Shown here: piece by piece, positions 39,547 through 48,929 of the stretch
Numbering within the stretch: the first letter of the stretch is position 1
Layout: every line of letters starts with the position of its first letter
DNA from: Paludibacteraceae bacterium
Lineage (GTDB): Bacteria; Bacteroidota; Bacteroidia; Bacteroidales; Paludibacteraceae
Assembly: GCA_017467185.1 (NCBI GenBank)
Contig: JAFTSS010000085.1
Span: 1 to 64,000, forward strand
Length of the DNA stretch: 64,000 bases
Direction of reading: 5' to 3'
Notes under the pieces: generated by a model
The model's database searches: none
Told to the model about the DNA's origin: nothing
The model's input: only the letters and a program-made list of their open reading frames with translations
Translations under genes and position numbers: made by a program

Positions 39547-40626
39547 TTGATTATGAAACGAATAACTACAATTATATCTTTTTTATTGCTTGCTTTTTTT
39601 AGCTACTCGCAAATGTATGTTTGGCAAAATGGCGCATTAGTTGGCGATTATGCTGAAGGAGTTATTGATAGTGTTAAATTTGTAAAACCAGAACCACAAG
39701 TGGAGACTCTTCGTAATGAGCCTACCGAAGGTGGATTGTTAAAAGCATTTTCTATAGCCGATGGTGCCACTGTTTTTTTCTCACAAGGCAATCTTCGTTA
39801 TAAACCATCAACTAAAGAGTGGGCTTTTGCTTCTGAGCAAACAAGTCGAGTAGGTGCGGGAAATGCATCTATCGCCGAAGAACATACAGGTTGGATCGAC
39901 CTTTTTGGTTGGGGTACAAGTGGTTATAACAACGTAGCGCCATACCTCTCAGTTCAAGACTATACTAAATACGCTAATGTGCAAAACATTGCAGGCACAA
40001 ATTACGATTGGGGCGTTTATAATAAGATTTCTAATGGTGGCAATGAAGCTGGTTTGTGGCGTACGCTTACTGCTGACGAGTGGTTATATCTTTTCTACTC
40101 TCGCGAAAATGCCGACTCTCTTTTTGCTTTTGGTGTTGTAAATAGTGTCAAGGGACTTATTCTTTTGCCTGATAATTGGCAACAACCAGAGGGTGTTGAT
40201 TTTTACCCAAGTACCACTAAAGGTTTGATGCCTGAAGGTAAATATTTTTGGAATATGGCTTCTGATAATTACGAGCATAATACATATACCAAAGCTCAAT
40301 GGACAAAAATGGAAGAGGCAGGAGCTGTTTTCCTTCCTGCAGCAGGTTATCGCAGAGGCACTGAGGTAGAAGAGCTTAACGAATATGGAGCTTATTGGAC
40401 TGCATCTGGTCGAACTGACAATTTTGCTTATCGTACTATTTTTTATTCTTCTATTCTTAGCCCTGGTGGTAGCAATATTACCTATTATTACGGCTATTCA
40501 GTTCGCCTTGTGCAAGACGCCGTGAAAGTTATTCAACCACAAGGCGAAATGATTGTTTATAAAACAAATTCCGAAATAGATAAATACTTTGTTAATCAAG
40601 TAGATAGTATTACATATAAAAAATAA
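39547..40626 (+). CDS. hypothetical secreted protein, FISUMP-like (Fibrobacter major paralogous) domain candidate
   Basis: Signal peptide plus the motifs GAYWTASG and GYSVRLVQD, resembling the TIGR02145 domain. Confidence 0.4.
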   Translation: MIMKRITTIISFLLLAFFSYSQMYVWQNGALVGDYAEGVIDSVKFVKPEPQVETLRNEPTEGGLLKAFSIADGATVFFSQGNLRYKPSTKEWAFASEQTSRVGAGNASIAEEHTGWIDLFGWGTSGYNNVAPYLSVQDYTKYANVQNIAGTNYDWGVYNKISNGGNEAGLWRTLTADEWLYLFYSRENADSLFAFGVVNSVKGLILLPDNWQQPEGVDFYPSTTKGLMPEGKYFWNMASDNYEHNTYTKAQWTKMEEAGAVFLPAAGYRRGTEVEELNEYGAYWTASGRTDNFAYRTIFYSSILSPGGSNITYYYGYSVRLVQDAVKVIQPQGEMIVYKTNSEIDKYFVNQVDSITYKK

Positions 40627-40687
40627 TTACTCATTCCTTAGGTTTTGGAGAGCAATGTAGCTTACTTTAGTTGCTGGTGAAAAATAA

Positions 40688-42142
40688 TTCCTCATTCATC
40701 ATTCCTCATTCCTCATTTTTAATATTTTTACCTTCATATTTTCAATCATTCTTCTCGTATTAGGCTATGTAGTATATGGTCGCATAGTCGCTCGAGTTTT
40801 TGGTGCAGACTCCAATCGTGTAACACCAGCCATAGCCAATCCCGATGGTGTTGACTATGTATCAATGCCATGGTGGAAAATTTTCCTTATTCAATTTCTT
40901 AATATTGCAGGGCTTGGACCTATTTTTGGCGCAATTATGGGAATCATGTTTGGTCCATCTGCATTTCTTTGGATTGTATTTGGCTCTATATTTGGTGGTG
41001 CTGTACATGATTATCTTTCGGGTATGTTGTCTATGCGACGCAATGGTGCATCATTGCCTGAATTAGTGGGTGAACAACTCGGTATGGGGGTTAAGCAATT
41101 TATGCGCGTTTTTTCGCTTTTGTTGATGGTGCTTGTTGGTGCTGTTTTTGTAAGCGGTCCTGCAGGTTTGCTTGCTGGTATGGTGAAATCTATTAGCGTT
41201 ACTTGGTGGATTGTAATTATTTTCGGCTATTATATGCTTGCAACTTTGCTCCCTATCGATAAACTCATTGGTAAAATCTATCCATTGTTCGGATTTGCTC
41301 TACTTTTTATGGCTGTAGGTATTTTGGTTTCTTTGTTTATTAACAACGCACCAATACCTGAAATTACATCTGGACTTGCAAGCCAACATCCACAAGGTTA
41401 TTCAATTTTTCCAATGATGTTTGTCTCTATTGCATGTGGGGCAGTCTCTGGTTTTCATGCTACTCAGTCGCCTATGATGGCACGCTGTATGACGAATGAA
41501 AAATATGGTCGTCCATGTTTTTATGGAGCTATGATTGCCGAAGGCATTGTTGCTCTTATTTGGGCAGCAGCAGCCTCTTCGTTCTTCGGTTCAGTTGGTG
41601 GATTGCAAGAGTATGTTGCCTCTTTACCTGCTACTGCAAACAAGGCTGCTGAGGTTGTTAATCTTATATCTAACACTTGGTTAGGTAAATTTGGTGGTAT
41701 TTTGGCCGTGTTGGGTGTTGTGGCTGCTCCTATTACTTCGGGCGATACAGCTCTCCGTTCAGCTCGCCTTATTGCTGCCGATTTTTTACATATTGATCAA
41801 AAACCAATTCTTAAGCGTCTTATGGTGGCAGTACCTCTTTTCGTGGGTACATTCATATTATTACAAATCAATTTTGATGTAATTTGGCGTTATTTTGCTT
41901 GGAGCAATCAAACACTTTCTGTCTTTACTTTTTGGGCATTGACAGTATATCTTTATAAGGAAAAACGTTGTTATTGGATAACTTTAATTCCTGCTCTATT
42001 TATGACTGCTGTATGTTCTGCCTATATTATGGTTGCCCCAGAAGGTTTCGGTCTCCCACTATATATAGGCTATATCGTCGCCGCAGTTGTTTGTATAGTT
42101 TTTACTCTTTTATTTATTCGTTTCACAAAAAATAAACTATAG
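40688..42142 (+). CDS. cstA: carbon starvation protein CstA; no canonical start, and the 5' end overlaps the (TTCCTCA)n array
   Basis: CstA homology (LGYVVYGRIVARVFGADSNRVTPAIANPDGVDYV...) starts upstream of the first ATG (40865) and runs back to the stop at 40685 inside the heptamer array. Confidence 0.7.
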   Translation, partial: FLIHHSSFLIFNIFTFIFSIILLVLGYVVYGRIVARVFGADSNRVTPAIANPDGVDYVSMPWWKIFLIQFLNIAGLGPIFGAIMGIMFGPSAFLWIVFGSIFGGAVHDYLSGMLSMRRNGASLPELVGEQLGMGVKQFMRVFSLLLMVLVGAVFVSGPAGLLAGMVKSISVTWWIVIIFGYYMLATLLPIDKLIGKIYPLFGFALLFMAVGILVSLFINNAPIPEITSGLASQHPQGYSIFPMMFVSIACGAVSGFHATQSPMMARCMTNEKYGRPCFYGAMIAEGIVALIWAAAASSFFGSVGGLQEYVASLPATANKAAEVVNLISNTWLGKFGGILAVLGVVAAPITSGDTALRSARLIAADFLHIDQKPILKRLMVAVPLFVGTFILLQINFDVIWRYFAWSNQTLSVFTFWALTVYLYKEKRCYWITLIPALFMTAVCSAYIMVAPEGFGLPLYIGYIVAAVVCIVFTLLFIRFTKNKL

Positions 42143-42214
42143 CTACTATAGTTCCTATAGGTTCTATAATTCCTCATTCCTCATTTCTCATTTCTCATTT
42201 CTCATTCCTCATTC
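42141..42214 (+). repeat. nonamer (CTATAGNNC) then heptamer (CATTCCT/CATTTCT)x7 array immediately 5' of the helicase start
   Basis: Direct inspection. Confidence 0.8.
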
Positions 42215-44728
42215 TTGATAATGTCTATTTACGAAATTGCCGAAGAATTTATTCAGTTGACTAATTGCTCTGTTTTCCTGACAGGTAAAGCTGGTACGGG
42301 TAAGACTACTATGCTTCGGCAGATTCGTGATGTGGCATTCAAGCAAACAGCCGTTGTTGCTCCTACTGGTGTGGCGGCTATCAATGCTGGTGGTACGACA
42401 ATTCATTCCTTTTTTCAACTCCCTTTTTCTCCATTTATACCTACTATTGAGGCAAAAAAATCGTTTATTGCAAAGCAACAGGTCAATAATGTTCGCCGTA
42501 AAATATATCGCGAGCTCGAATTGCTTATCATCGACGAGGTTTCTATGGTGCGTGCCGACGTACTTGATGCAATTGACACAGTATTACGTCATTATCGTTT
42601 CCGCCCAAATGAGCCATTTGGGGGAGTCCAAGTAGTTTTCATTGGCGACATGTACCAATTGCCTCCTGTCTGCGTGGGTGAAGAGTGGGATCTATTGCGT
42701 CGTTATTACGAAACACCATATTTCTTTCATTCTCAAGTCATTCGTCAAGATCCCCCGATATATATCGAACTTGATAAAATTTTTCGTCAAAGCAATCAGC
42801 AGTTTATCAATTTGCTTAACGAAGTTCGCAATAATCAGCTTACTCCCGACACTTTCCGCTTGCTGAATCATTGTTATCAGCCTAATTTTCGTAATGTTGA
42901 TGAATATATCACTCTCACAACGCATAATGCCTCTGCCGATGCAATCAACAATGACGAATTAGCAAAAATCGATGCACCATATTATAAATTTATGGCTCAT
43001 ATCGACCGCGATTTTCCTGAACGAATTTTCCCAACCGAGATAGAACTTATCCTTAAATTAGGCGCAAAAGTCATGTTCATTGCCAATGACATGGCTCAAC
43101 CTCGTCGTTATTATAATGGAAAAATTGGTGAAATCACCGAGATAAATAATAATGAAATTTGGGTTACATGTGAAGGTGAAACAGAGGCGATTAAAGTCTC
43201 GCTCGAAGTGTGGGAAAACAAGTCCTATACTATCGACCCTAAAACCAATCAGATAGAAGAAAAACTTTTGGGTACTTTTACTCAATATCCTCTGCGTTTG
43301 GCTTGGGCTATTACTATTCACAAAAGTCAAGGTCTTACATTTGATAGGGTAGTGATTGATGCTGCCGCAGCCTTTGCTTCTGGGCAGGTTTATGTCGCAT
43401 TATCGCGTTGTCGCTCATTAGATGGAATTGTTTTAACCTCTCAAATCAACCCTAATTCCCTTGCTGTTGACCCTCAAATTGTGCGGTATAGCGAGCAGCG
43501 TCTGCCTATTGTTGAGCTTGAGCGTCAAGTTGAATTATTTAAATCTCGTTATAGTATTCAACTTCTTGCTAAGTTGTTTAGCCTCGAAGATTTAATGTCG
43601 CATACATTCAGTTTTGTAAATTATATCAAAACTGTTTTAGATGATTTCAACGAAGATACTGCGCCTTATCTCGATGAAATATTAAAACGTGTGAATGATT
43701 TATATGCTGTAGCACAACGTTTTGTGGCACAACTTTTATCTTTCAATCCTAAATTAGACATAGTTCGTATTGCTGAACGTGTAAAAGCTGCTTCTGGCTA
43801 TTTTGTTCCTCAACTTGATGATTTATTGGTTCTTATAGAATCATCTCCTGCTATAACCGAAAGCAAAGTAGAGGCTCAAGATTATATTGATCGTTTACAA
43901 GCTGTGTTTGAAATTGCGTCACAACTTCGTCATATCATTGCGGGCATTGCCGATGATATCTCCGTAATTAACTATTTCGATGTAAAACAGTCATATAAAG
44001 TTCCGCCGTTTAAGGTGAAAGCCTACGTTGTAGAACGTGAAGTGAAGATGTTAAAGACCGAGCATCCAAAACTTTATAAAATGCTTGCTACTTGGCGTAA
44101 TGAGTATTGCAAAGAGAATAACATTCCTGCATTTCAAATGTTTAGCAATGCTACTTTGGTCGAAGTATCAAATCGTCTTCCTATCGAATTAGAGTCGCTA
44201 ATTAAAATTAAAGGTTTTGGAAAAATAAAAATCCAACGATTTGGTAAAGAGTGTGTTGATATTGTGCGAATTTATTGTCGTGAAAATGGTATCGATGCCT
44301 CATCTCAGTCTGATATTGCTTTTGAATCAGAGTCTGATTATGGTAATGCCGCAGAAGAAGGTAGAGACGCAATAAATTGCGTCTCAAAAAACAAGAAAAG
44401 TAGGCGCAAGGAAAAAGAAAAAATAGAAAAAATACCAACCAAAGAAATAACGTTATCTCTTATTAATCAGGGAAAAACGTTACAAGAAATTGCCGACGAA
44501 CGAAGTCTTGTTTTAAGTACGATCTACACTCATTTGGCAAAACTCATACATGCAAAAAAAATCGACATCGCTCAATATGTCGATATCGATTTATTGGATA
44601 GGGTTATGTTGGTTCTCAATGAAACCCCTGAAATTTCTAATTCTGAACTATTCGAACGCCTCGAAGGTTCTGTAACATACGATGAATTAAAACTTATTCG
44701 AGCTCATCAACTTTCAAGTAATAATTAG
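42215..44728 (+). CDS. Pif1/RecD-like SF1B DNA helicase with C-terminal HRDC-like and HTH domains
   Basis: Walker A LTGKAGTGKTT, with helicase motifs throughout the first 450 aa. An HRDC-like region lies at aa 640-700 and a C-terminal HTH follows. Confidence 0.7.
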   Translation: MIMSIYEIAEEFIQLTNCSVFLTGKAGTGKTTMLRQIRDVAFKQTAVVAPTGVAAINAGGTTIHSFFQLPFSPFIPTIEAKKSFIAKQQVNNVRRKIYRELELLIIDEVSMVRADVLDAIDTVLRHYRFRPNEPFGGVQVVFIGDMYQLPPVCVGEEWDLLRRYYETPYFFHSQVIRQDPPIYIELDKIFRQSNQQFINLLNEVRNNQLTPDTFRLLNHCYQPNFRNVDEYITLTTHNASADAINNDELAKIDAPYYKFMAHIDRDFPERIFPTEIELILKLGAKVMFIANDMAQPRRYYNGKIGEITEINNNEIWVTCEGETEAIKVSLEVWENKSYTIDPKTNQIEEKLLGTFTQYPLRLAWAITIHKSQGLTFDRVVIDAAAAFASGQVYVALSRCRSLDGIVLTSQINPNSLAVDPQIVRYSEQRLPIVELERQVELFKSRYSIQLLAKLFSLEDLMSHTFSFVNYIKTVLDDFNEDTAPYLDEILKRVNDLYAVAQRFVAQLLSFNPKLDIVRIAERVKAASGYFVPQLDDLLVLIESSPAITESKVEAQDYIDRLQAVFEIASQLRHIIAGIADDISVINYFDVKQSYKVPPFKVKAYVVEREVKMLKTEHPKLYKMLATWRNEYCKENNIPAFQMFSNATLVEVSNRLPIELESLIKIKGFGKIKIQRFGKECVDIVRIYCRENGIDASSQSDIAFESESDYGNAAEEGRDAINCVSKNKKSRRKEKEKIEKIPTKEITLSLINQGKTLQEIADERSLVLSTIYTHLAKLIHAKKIDIAQYVDIDLLDRVMLVLNETPEISNSELFERLEGSVTYDELKLIRAHQLSSNN
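44361..44385. repeat. palindromic element gtagagacgcaataaattgcgtctc embedded in-frame in the helicase gene (encodes GRDAINCVS)
   Basis: Perfect 10-bp arms located in an inter-domain linker. Confidence 0.7.
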
Positions 44729-44899
44729 TCTTTTGTCCTATCATATTCTCCCCCTGTTTTAGGGGGAACTGACGCAGGAGAGAGAGCAGGACCAAGCCCG
44801 CTTGAGTTATGCCGAGCGACAAGGAAGTCGCCGAAGGCAATACCCGAAGGGGGAGGGGGTTCGACTATTGACTATTGACTATTGACCATTGACTATAGA

Positions 44900-45502
44900 C
44901 TATAAACTATCGTCTGTCGCTCGTTTTTTCATCTCTTCATTGTAGCAATGGCGGCAAATAGGCTCATATTTGTCAGTTTCACCCAATAATACTTGAGATT
45001 CGCCGGCAACTAAACGATGTGAAACGTATGCTGGAGCGCCACAACGTACGCATACAGCATGTACCTTTTGTATGTCATCAGCAATAGCCATCAATGCAGG
45101 CATTGGTCCGAATGGAGTGCAACGGAAGTCCATATCCAATCCCGCAATAATCACGCGATAACCGCTTTCTGACAATTTGCGGCATACGTCAACAATTCCA
45201 TTATCAAAAAATTGGGCCTCATCAATGCCTATAACATCAACATCACCAGCCATCAATAAAATATTTTGCGACGATTCTACTGGTGTCGATTGTATTGCAT
45301 TATGGTCATGGCTAACAACTTCAGTCTCTGAATAGCGGGTATCTATACAAGGCTTAAATATTTCAACTCTTTGTTTTGCAAATTTTGCACGTTTCAATCT
45401 GCGGAGCAACTCTTCTGTTTTTCCTGAAAACATAGACCCACAAATTACTTCTATACTTCCACGATGAGGACAACTGCAGTTAGCTGATTCAAAAAAATAC
45501 AT
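44900..45502 (-). CDS. tdk: thymidine kinase
   Basis: 200 aa with the P-loop [11 protein letters not shown] and zinc-ribbon cysteines CVRCG...CRHC. Confidence 0.85.
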   Translation of the reverse strand: MYFFESANCSCPHRGSIEVICGSMFSGKTEELLRRLKRAKFAKQRVEIFKPCIDTRYSETEVVSHDHNAIQSTPVESSQNILLMAGDVDVIGIDEAQFFDNGIVDVCRKLSESGYRVIIAGLDMDFRCTPFGPMPALMAIADDIQKVHAVCVRCGAPAYVSHRLVAGESQVLLGETDKYEPICRHCYNEEMKKRATDDSL

Positions 45503-45651
45503 ATATTATTGTTTTTTATTCGTAAAAAATTCGTACCTTTGTATTTGTAAAAATGAAGTAAGCTCAATATTTAAATTATGTAGAGGAGACCCATTTTTGC
45601 CATGCAAAGTTACAAAATAAATTTTAATAAAAATCATATTTTTCTTACAAA

Positions 45652-46617
45652 ATGAACAAAGAAGTTTTAGTTGCACTTATAGCAAAGGATGTCAATGAAT
45701 TACAAACTCTCACTGAAGGTCTTGATCAAATGGAGACTATTCCAGCACCTTATCTTCGTCTTGCTTTGGATAAGTCAAAAGCATTGACTACGAATCTTGA
45801 TAATCTTATCAATTATTTGAATAATAAAGAATTAGAGGACGCTGCAGAAGCTCAACGTCAGGCTGAATTAGAGGCTGCAAGAGCCGAAGAAGAAGCACGT
45901 AAAGCCGAAGAAGAAGCACGTAGAGTCGAAGAAGAAGCACGTAGAGCAGAGGAAGAAGCACGCCAAGCCGAATTAGCACGTATTGCCGAAGAGCAAGAAG
46001 CTTTGCTTCGAGCTCAAGAACTCGAACGTGAGCGTCAAGCTGAGGAACGCCGTAAAGCTGAAGCTGAAATTGCTCGACAAGTTGCCGCACTTGAAGCTGC
46101 CCGTCAATTAGAACTTGAAGAAAAAAGTCGTGTCTGCAACGAGCAAAACGAAGCAGAAAATAAAATAACGATGGAAACTTCAGAGGAAAAATCTATAGCC
46201 TCTACAGAAAATATAGATTCTATAGCTCCTACAGCTCCTGTAGAAACTACTGCTCCCACAACCTCAATCGTTGGTGCCATAGCCGAAAATCAACCTCAAA
46301 CATTAGCAGAATCCATCGAAACATCAGAATCCTTAGCCGATAAACTTGCAAAAACTGCTGATGATACTCTTGCTGAAGTTATTAACAATAAAAAAATAAT
46401 AGATTTAAAATCATCTATAACTCTTGGCGACCGTTTCCGTTTCCAACGCGAATTATTTGGTGGTAATGGCGAAAAAATGAATAAAGCAATATCTGACTTT
46501 AATTCATTTGAAACTATGACCGAAGCTCAATCTTATATAGCTAAAAACTTCGATTGGCCATTAGACAACGATGCTGTATCTGATTTCATTCAACTCCTTC
46601 AACGCCGCTATTTGTAA
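45652..46617 (+). CDS. hypothetical coiled-coil protein with in-frame 24-bp (8-aa EEARRAEE) tandem repeats
   Basis: 321 aa. Four or five repeats of gaagaagaagcacgtaga-like units fall at 45890-45985. Confidence 0.4.
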   Translation: MNKEVLVALIAKDVNELQTLTEGLDQMETIPAPYLRLALDKSKALTTNLDNLINYLNNKELEDAAEAQRQAELEAARAEEEARKAEEEARRVEEEARRAEEEARQAELARIAEEQEALLRAQELERERQAEERRKAEAEIARQVAALEAARQLELEEKSRVCNEQNEAENKITMETSEEKSIASTENIDSIAPTAPVETTAPTTSIVGAIAENQPQTLAESIETSESLADKLAKTADDTLAEVINNKKIIDLKSSITLGDRFRFQRELFGGNGEKMNKAISDFNSFETMTEAQSYIAKNFDWPLDNDAVSDFIQLLQRRYL

Positions 46618-46689
46618 TAAATATTTCAGAACTAAAGTAGGGACACGGCATGCCGTGTCCGTTGTTAAATGGAATAAAAACACTTAATT

Positions 46690-46942
46690 ACGTCAGTTCG
46701 ATATAAAAATCCGTATGGTATCCGTGTAATCTGTAGAACTATTTTTGCGTAGTAAAAGAGCGAATTCAGCCAAAATCCTTCTCAACGTAGGGACGCACGG
46801 CTCGTGCGTCCGCTTAATATGTCTGTAGAACGGAGGGGTATGTGATAAAAAAATCGTGTTATCCGTGCATTTTTCGCCAAGGCTCAAGACCGTTGGTTCC
46901 GTGTGAGATAAAAGTTATATCGAACTCTCGTTAATTATGAAT
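46690..46942 (-). mobile_element. MITE-like element family B, copy 3 (inverted orientation, flanked by duplicated TTAATTA)
   Basis: About 85% identical to copy 2 over the whole length, with the same 18-bp TIRs. Confidence 0.7.
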
Positions 46943-46950
46943 TTTGAATT

Positions 46951-47715
46951 ATGAATTGTGCATTATATTTAGTTCCTACCCCTGTAGGCAATCTCGAAGA
47001 CATAACATATCGTGCCTTACGAATTCTAAAGGAGGTGAATCTTGTGCTTGCCGAAGATACTCGCACTACGGGTATCCTTTTCAAACATTTTGATATTCAC
47101 ACTCCTATGGCATCGCATCACAAATTCAACGAACATAAAACCATAGCACATTTTGCCGATCGCATTCTCGCTGGCGAATCCATAGCATTAGTTAGCGATG
47201 CTGGCACTCCTGCAATTTCTGACCCTGGTTTTATGCTTGTGCGTGAGTGCGTTGCTCGTGGCATTAGAGTAGAGTGCCTCCCTGGAGCTACAGCTTTTGT
47301 ACCCGCATTAGTCGATTCAGGCTTGCCAACCGATCGTTTCTGTTTCGAAGGATTCTTGCCACAGAAAAAAGGCAGACAAACCAAATTACAATTGCTTATT
47401 TCTGAAGATCGTACAATGATTTTCTACGAATCCCCATACCGACTTGTAAAAACACTCCAACAATTTGCTGAAGTCTTTGGCTCAGAACGTCAAGCATCAG
47501 TTTCACGCGAAATATCTAAAATGTTCGAAGATACACAACGTGGTACGCTACAACAGCTTATCGAACATTTTACAGCCATACCACCCAAAGGCGAAATCGT
47601 AATTGTAGTAGCTGGAGCTAGTAGAGACGCAATACATTGCGTCTCAACAGGCGAAGATAAAGATGAAGAACAAGACCTCGCAAAAATCCGAAAATCCAAA
47701 AAACATAGATTATAG
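46951..47715 (+). CDS. rsmI: 16S rRNA (cytidine1402-2'-O)-methyltransferase
   Basis: 254 aa with N-terminus LYLVPTPVGNLEDITYRALRIL. It carries a C-terminal in-frame palindromic-element insertion. Confidence 0.85.
   Translation: MNCALYLVPTPVGNLEDITYRALRILKEVNLVLAEDTRTTGILFKHFDIHTPMASHHKFNEHKTIAHFADRILAGESIALVSDAGTPAISDPGFMLVRECVARGIRVECLPGATAFVPALVDSGLPTDRFCFEGFLPQKKGRQTKLQLLISEDRTMIFYESPYRLVKTLQQFAEVFGSERQASVSREISKMFEDTQRGTLQQLIEHFTAIPPKGEIVIVVAGASRDAIHCVSTGEDKDEEQDLAKIRKSKKHRL
47621..47645. repeat. palindromic element gtagagacgcaatacattgcgtctc embedded in-frame near the 3' end of rsmI (encodes SRDAIHCVS)
   Basis: Perfect 10-bp arms. Confidence 0.7.
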
Positions 47716-47812
47716 CGGCTATAGCAACTATAGCAACTATAGCGGCTATAGCAACTATAGTAACTATAGCAACTATAGTTGCTAATTCCTAACTCCTCAT
47801 TCCTCATTCTCA
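47706..47812 (+). repeat. nonamer array (CTATAGCAA/CTATAGCGG)x~9 followed by (CATTCCT) heptamers, abutting the HAD-hydrolase start codon
   Basis: Direct inspection. Confidence 0.85.
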
Positions 47813-48508
47813 ATGTATTCTCACATCCTAATCGACCTTGACGACACCCTTTGGGATTTTAAAAAGAATTCCAAAATTGCCATGCAAGAAATATTTAACG
47901 ACTACGAATTAATCAAATATTACGATTCATTCGAGTCGTTTTACGATATATATATGGCAAAAAACCATCAACTTTGGGAGCAATATTCCAAAGGTGAAAT
48001 AACAAAAGACTTCCTTTCGTTAGAGCGTTTTCTCTATCCTTTACGTATAGCTGGTTGCGAAAACATCGAATTAGCAAAAACATTAGGCACCGATTTTCTA
48101 TATCGTACAACCCAACAAACCAACTTAGTCGAAGGAGCAATAGAATTATTAGAATATTTAAAAGAAAAAAAATACAATTTATCTATCATATCAAATGGTT
48201 TCATTGAAGTGCAATATACCAAATTGCGCCGTTCTGGACTATTACCATATTTTTCCAATATATTTTTATCTGAAGAGGTCGGTTATCAAAAACCGGACAT
48301 ACGATTTTTTCAAGCAGTTTTAGCAAAATTAAGTACAAAATCCACAGAATGCATTATTATTGGCGATAATATTCAAACTGATATTCAAGGAGCAAATAAT
48401 GCTAATATAGATGCTATTTTTTATAATAGAGAGGGTTGTGGATTGTTAAATGTTTCATTAGATGCTTGTATAGTTGACAAATTATTGCAAATAAATACCA
48501 TTTTGTGA
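47813..48508 (+). CDS. HAD-IA family hydrolase, YjjG-like pyrimidine 5'-nucleotidase
   Basis: 231 aa with the HAD motifs DLDDTLWDF, ISNG and GDNIQTD. Confidence 0.7.
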   Translation: MYSHILIDLDDTLWDFKKNSKIAMQEIFNDYELIKYYDSFESFYDIYMAKNHQLWEQYSKGEITKDFLSLERFLYPLRIAGCENIELAKTLGTDFLYRTTQQTNLVEGAIELLEYLKEKKYNLSIISNGFIEVQYTKLRRSGLLPYFSNIFLSEEVGYQKPDIRFFQAVLAKLSTKSTECIIIGDNIQTDIQGANNANIDAIFYNREGCGLLNVSLDACIVDKLLQINTIL

Positions 48509-48929
48509 TATTTTGTAATTGTATTTTTATTGGTTTATAAAATGGGAATAAGTTACTTTTTTCTTATATTTTTAGTACTTTTGACTGTAAAAAACATGTT
48601 TTACAACATAAAATGATTTTTTACCGTTTTTGTTGAAAAATATATCTTTTTTGTTGTTTTTGTTGTTTTTTTACCTTTAATTGATTGATATACAATAGCG
48701 TTTTTGCGTTTTTTTATTGCTTTTAATTTGAAAGCAAGAGATTGAATTTTTTGTAAAAAAAAAGAATAAAAAAGTTTTAATAAAAAAAGGTTAGATTTTT
48801 ATTTGCATGTTTGCAGATTATTGTGTAATTTTGCTGACTGAATTTGTGTGCCGTAATGCACACTTGTTTTCGTGGCAAAATTTATCGAAAACTAATTATT
48901 AACATTATTTATAACTAAAAAAAACATTT

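Noticed and set aside
47490-47813. 107-aa minus-strand ORF with CYSCYSRYS repeats
   Set aside because: It is a translation of the CTATAGCAA nonamer array antisense to rsmI, so a low-complexity artefact.
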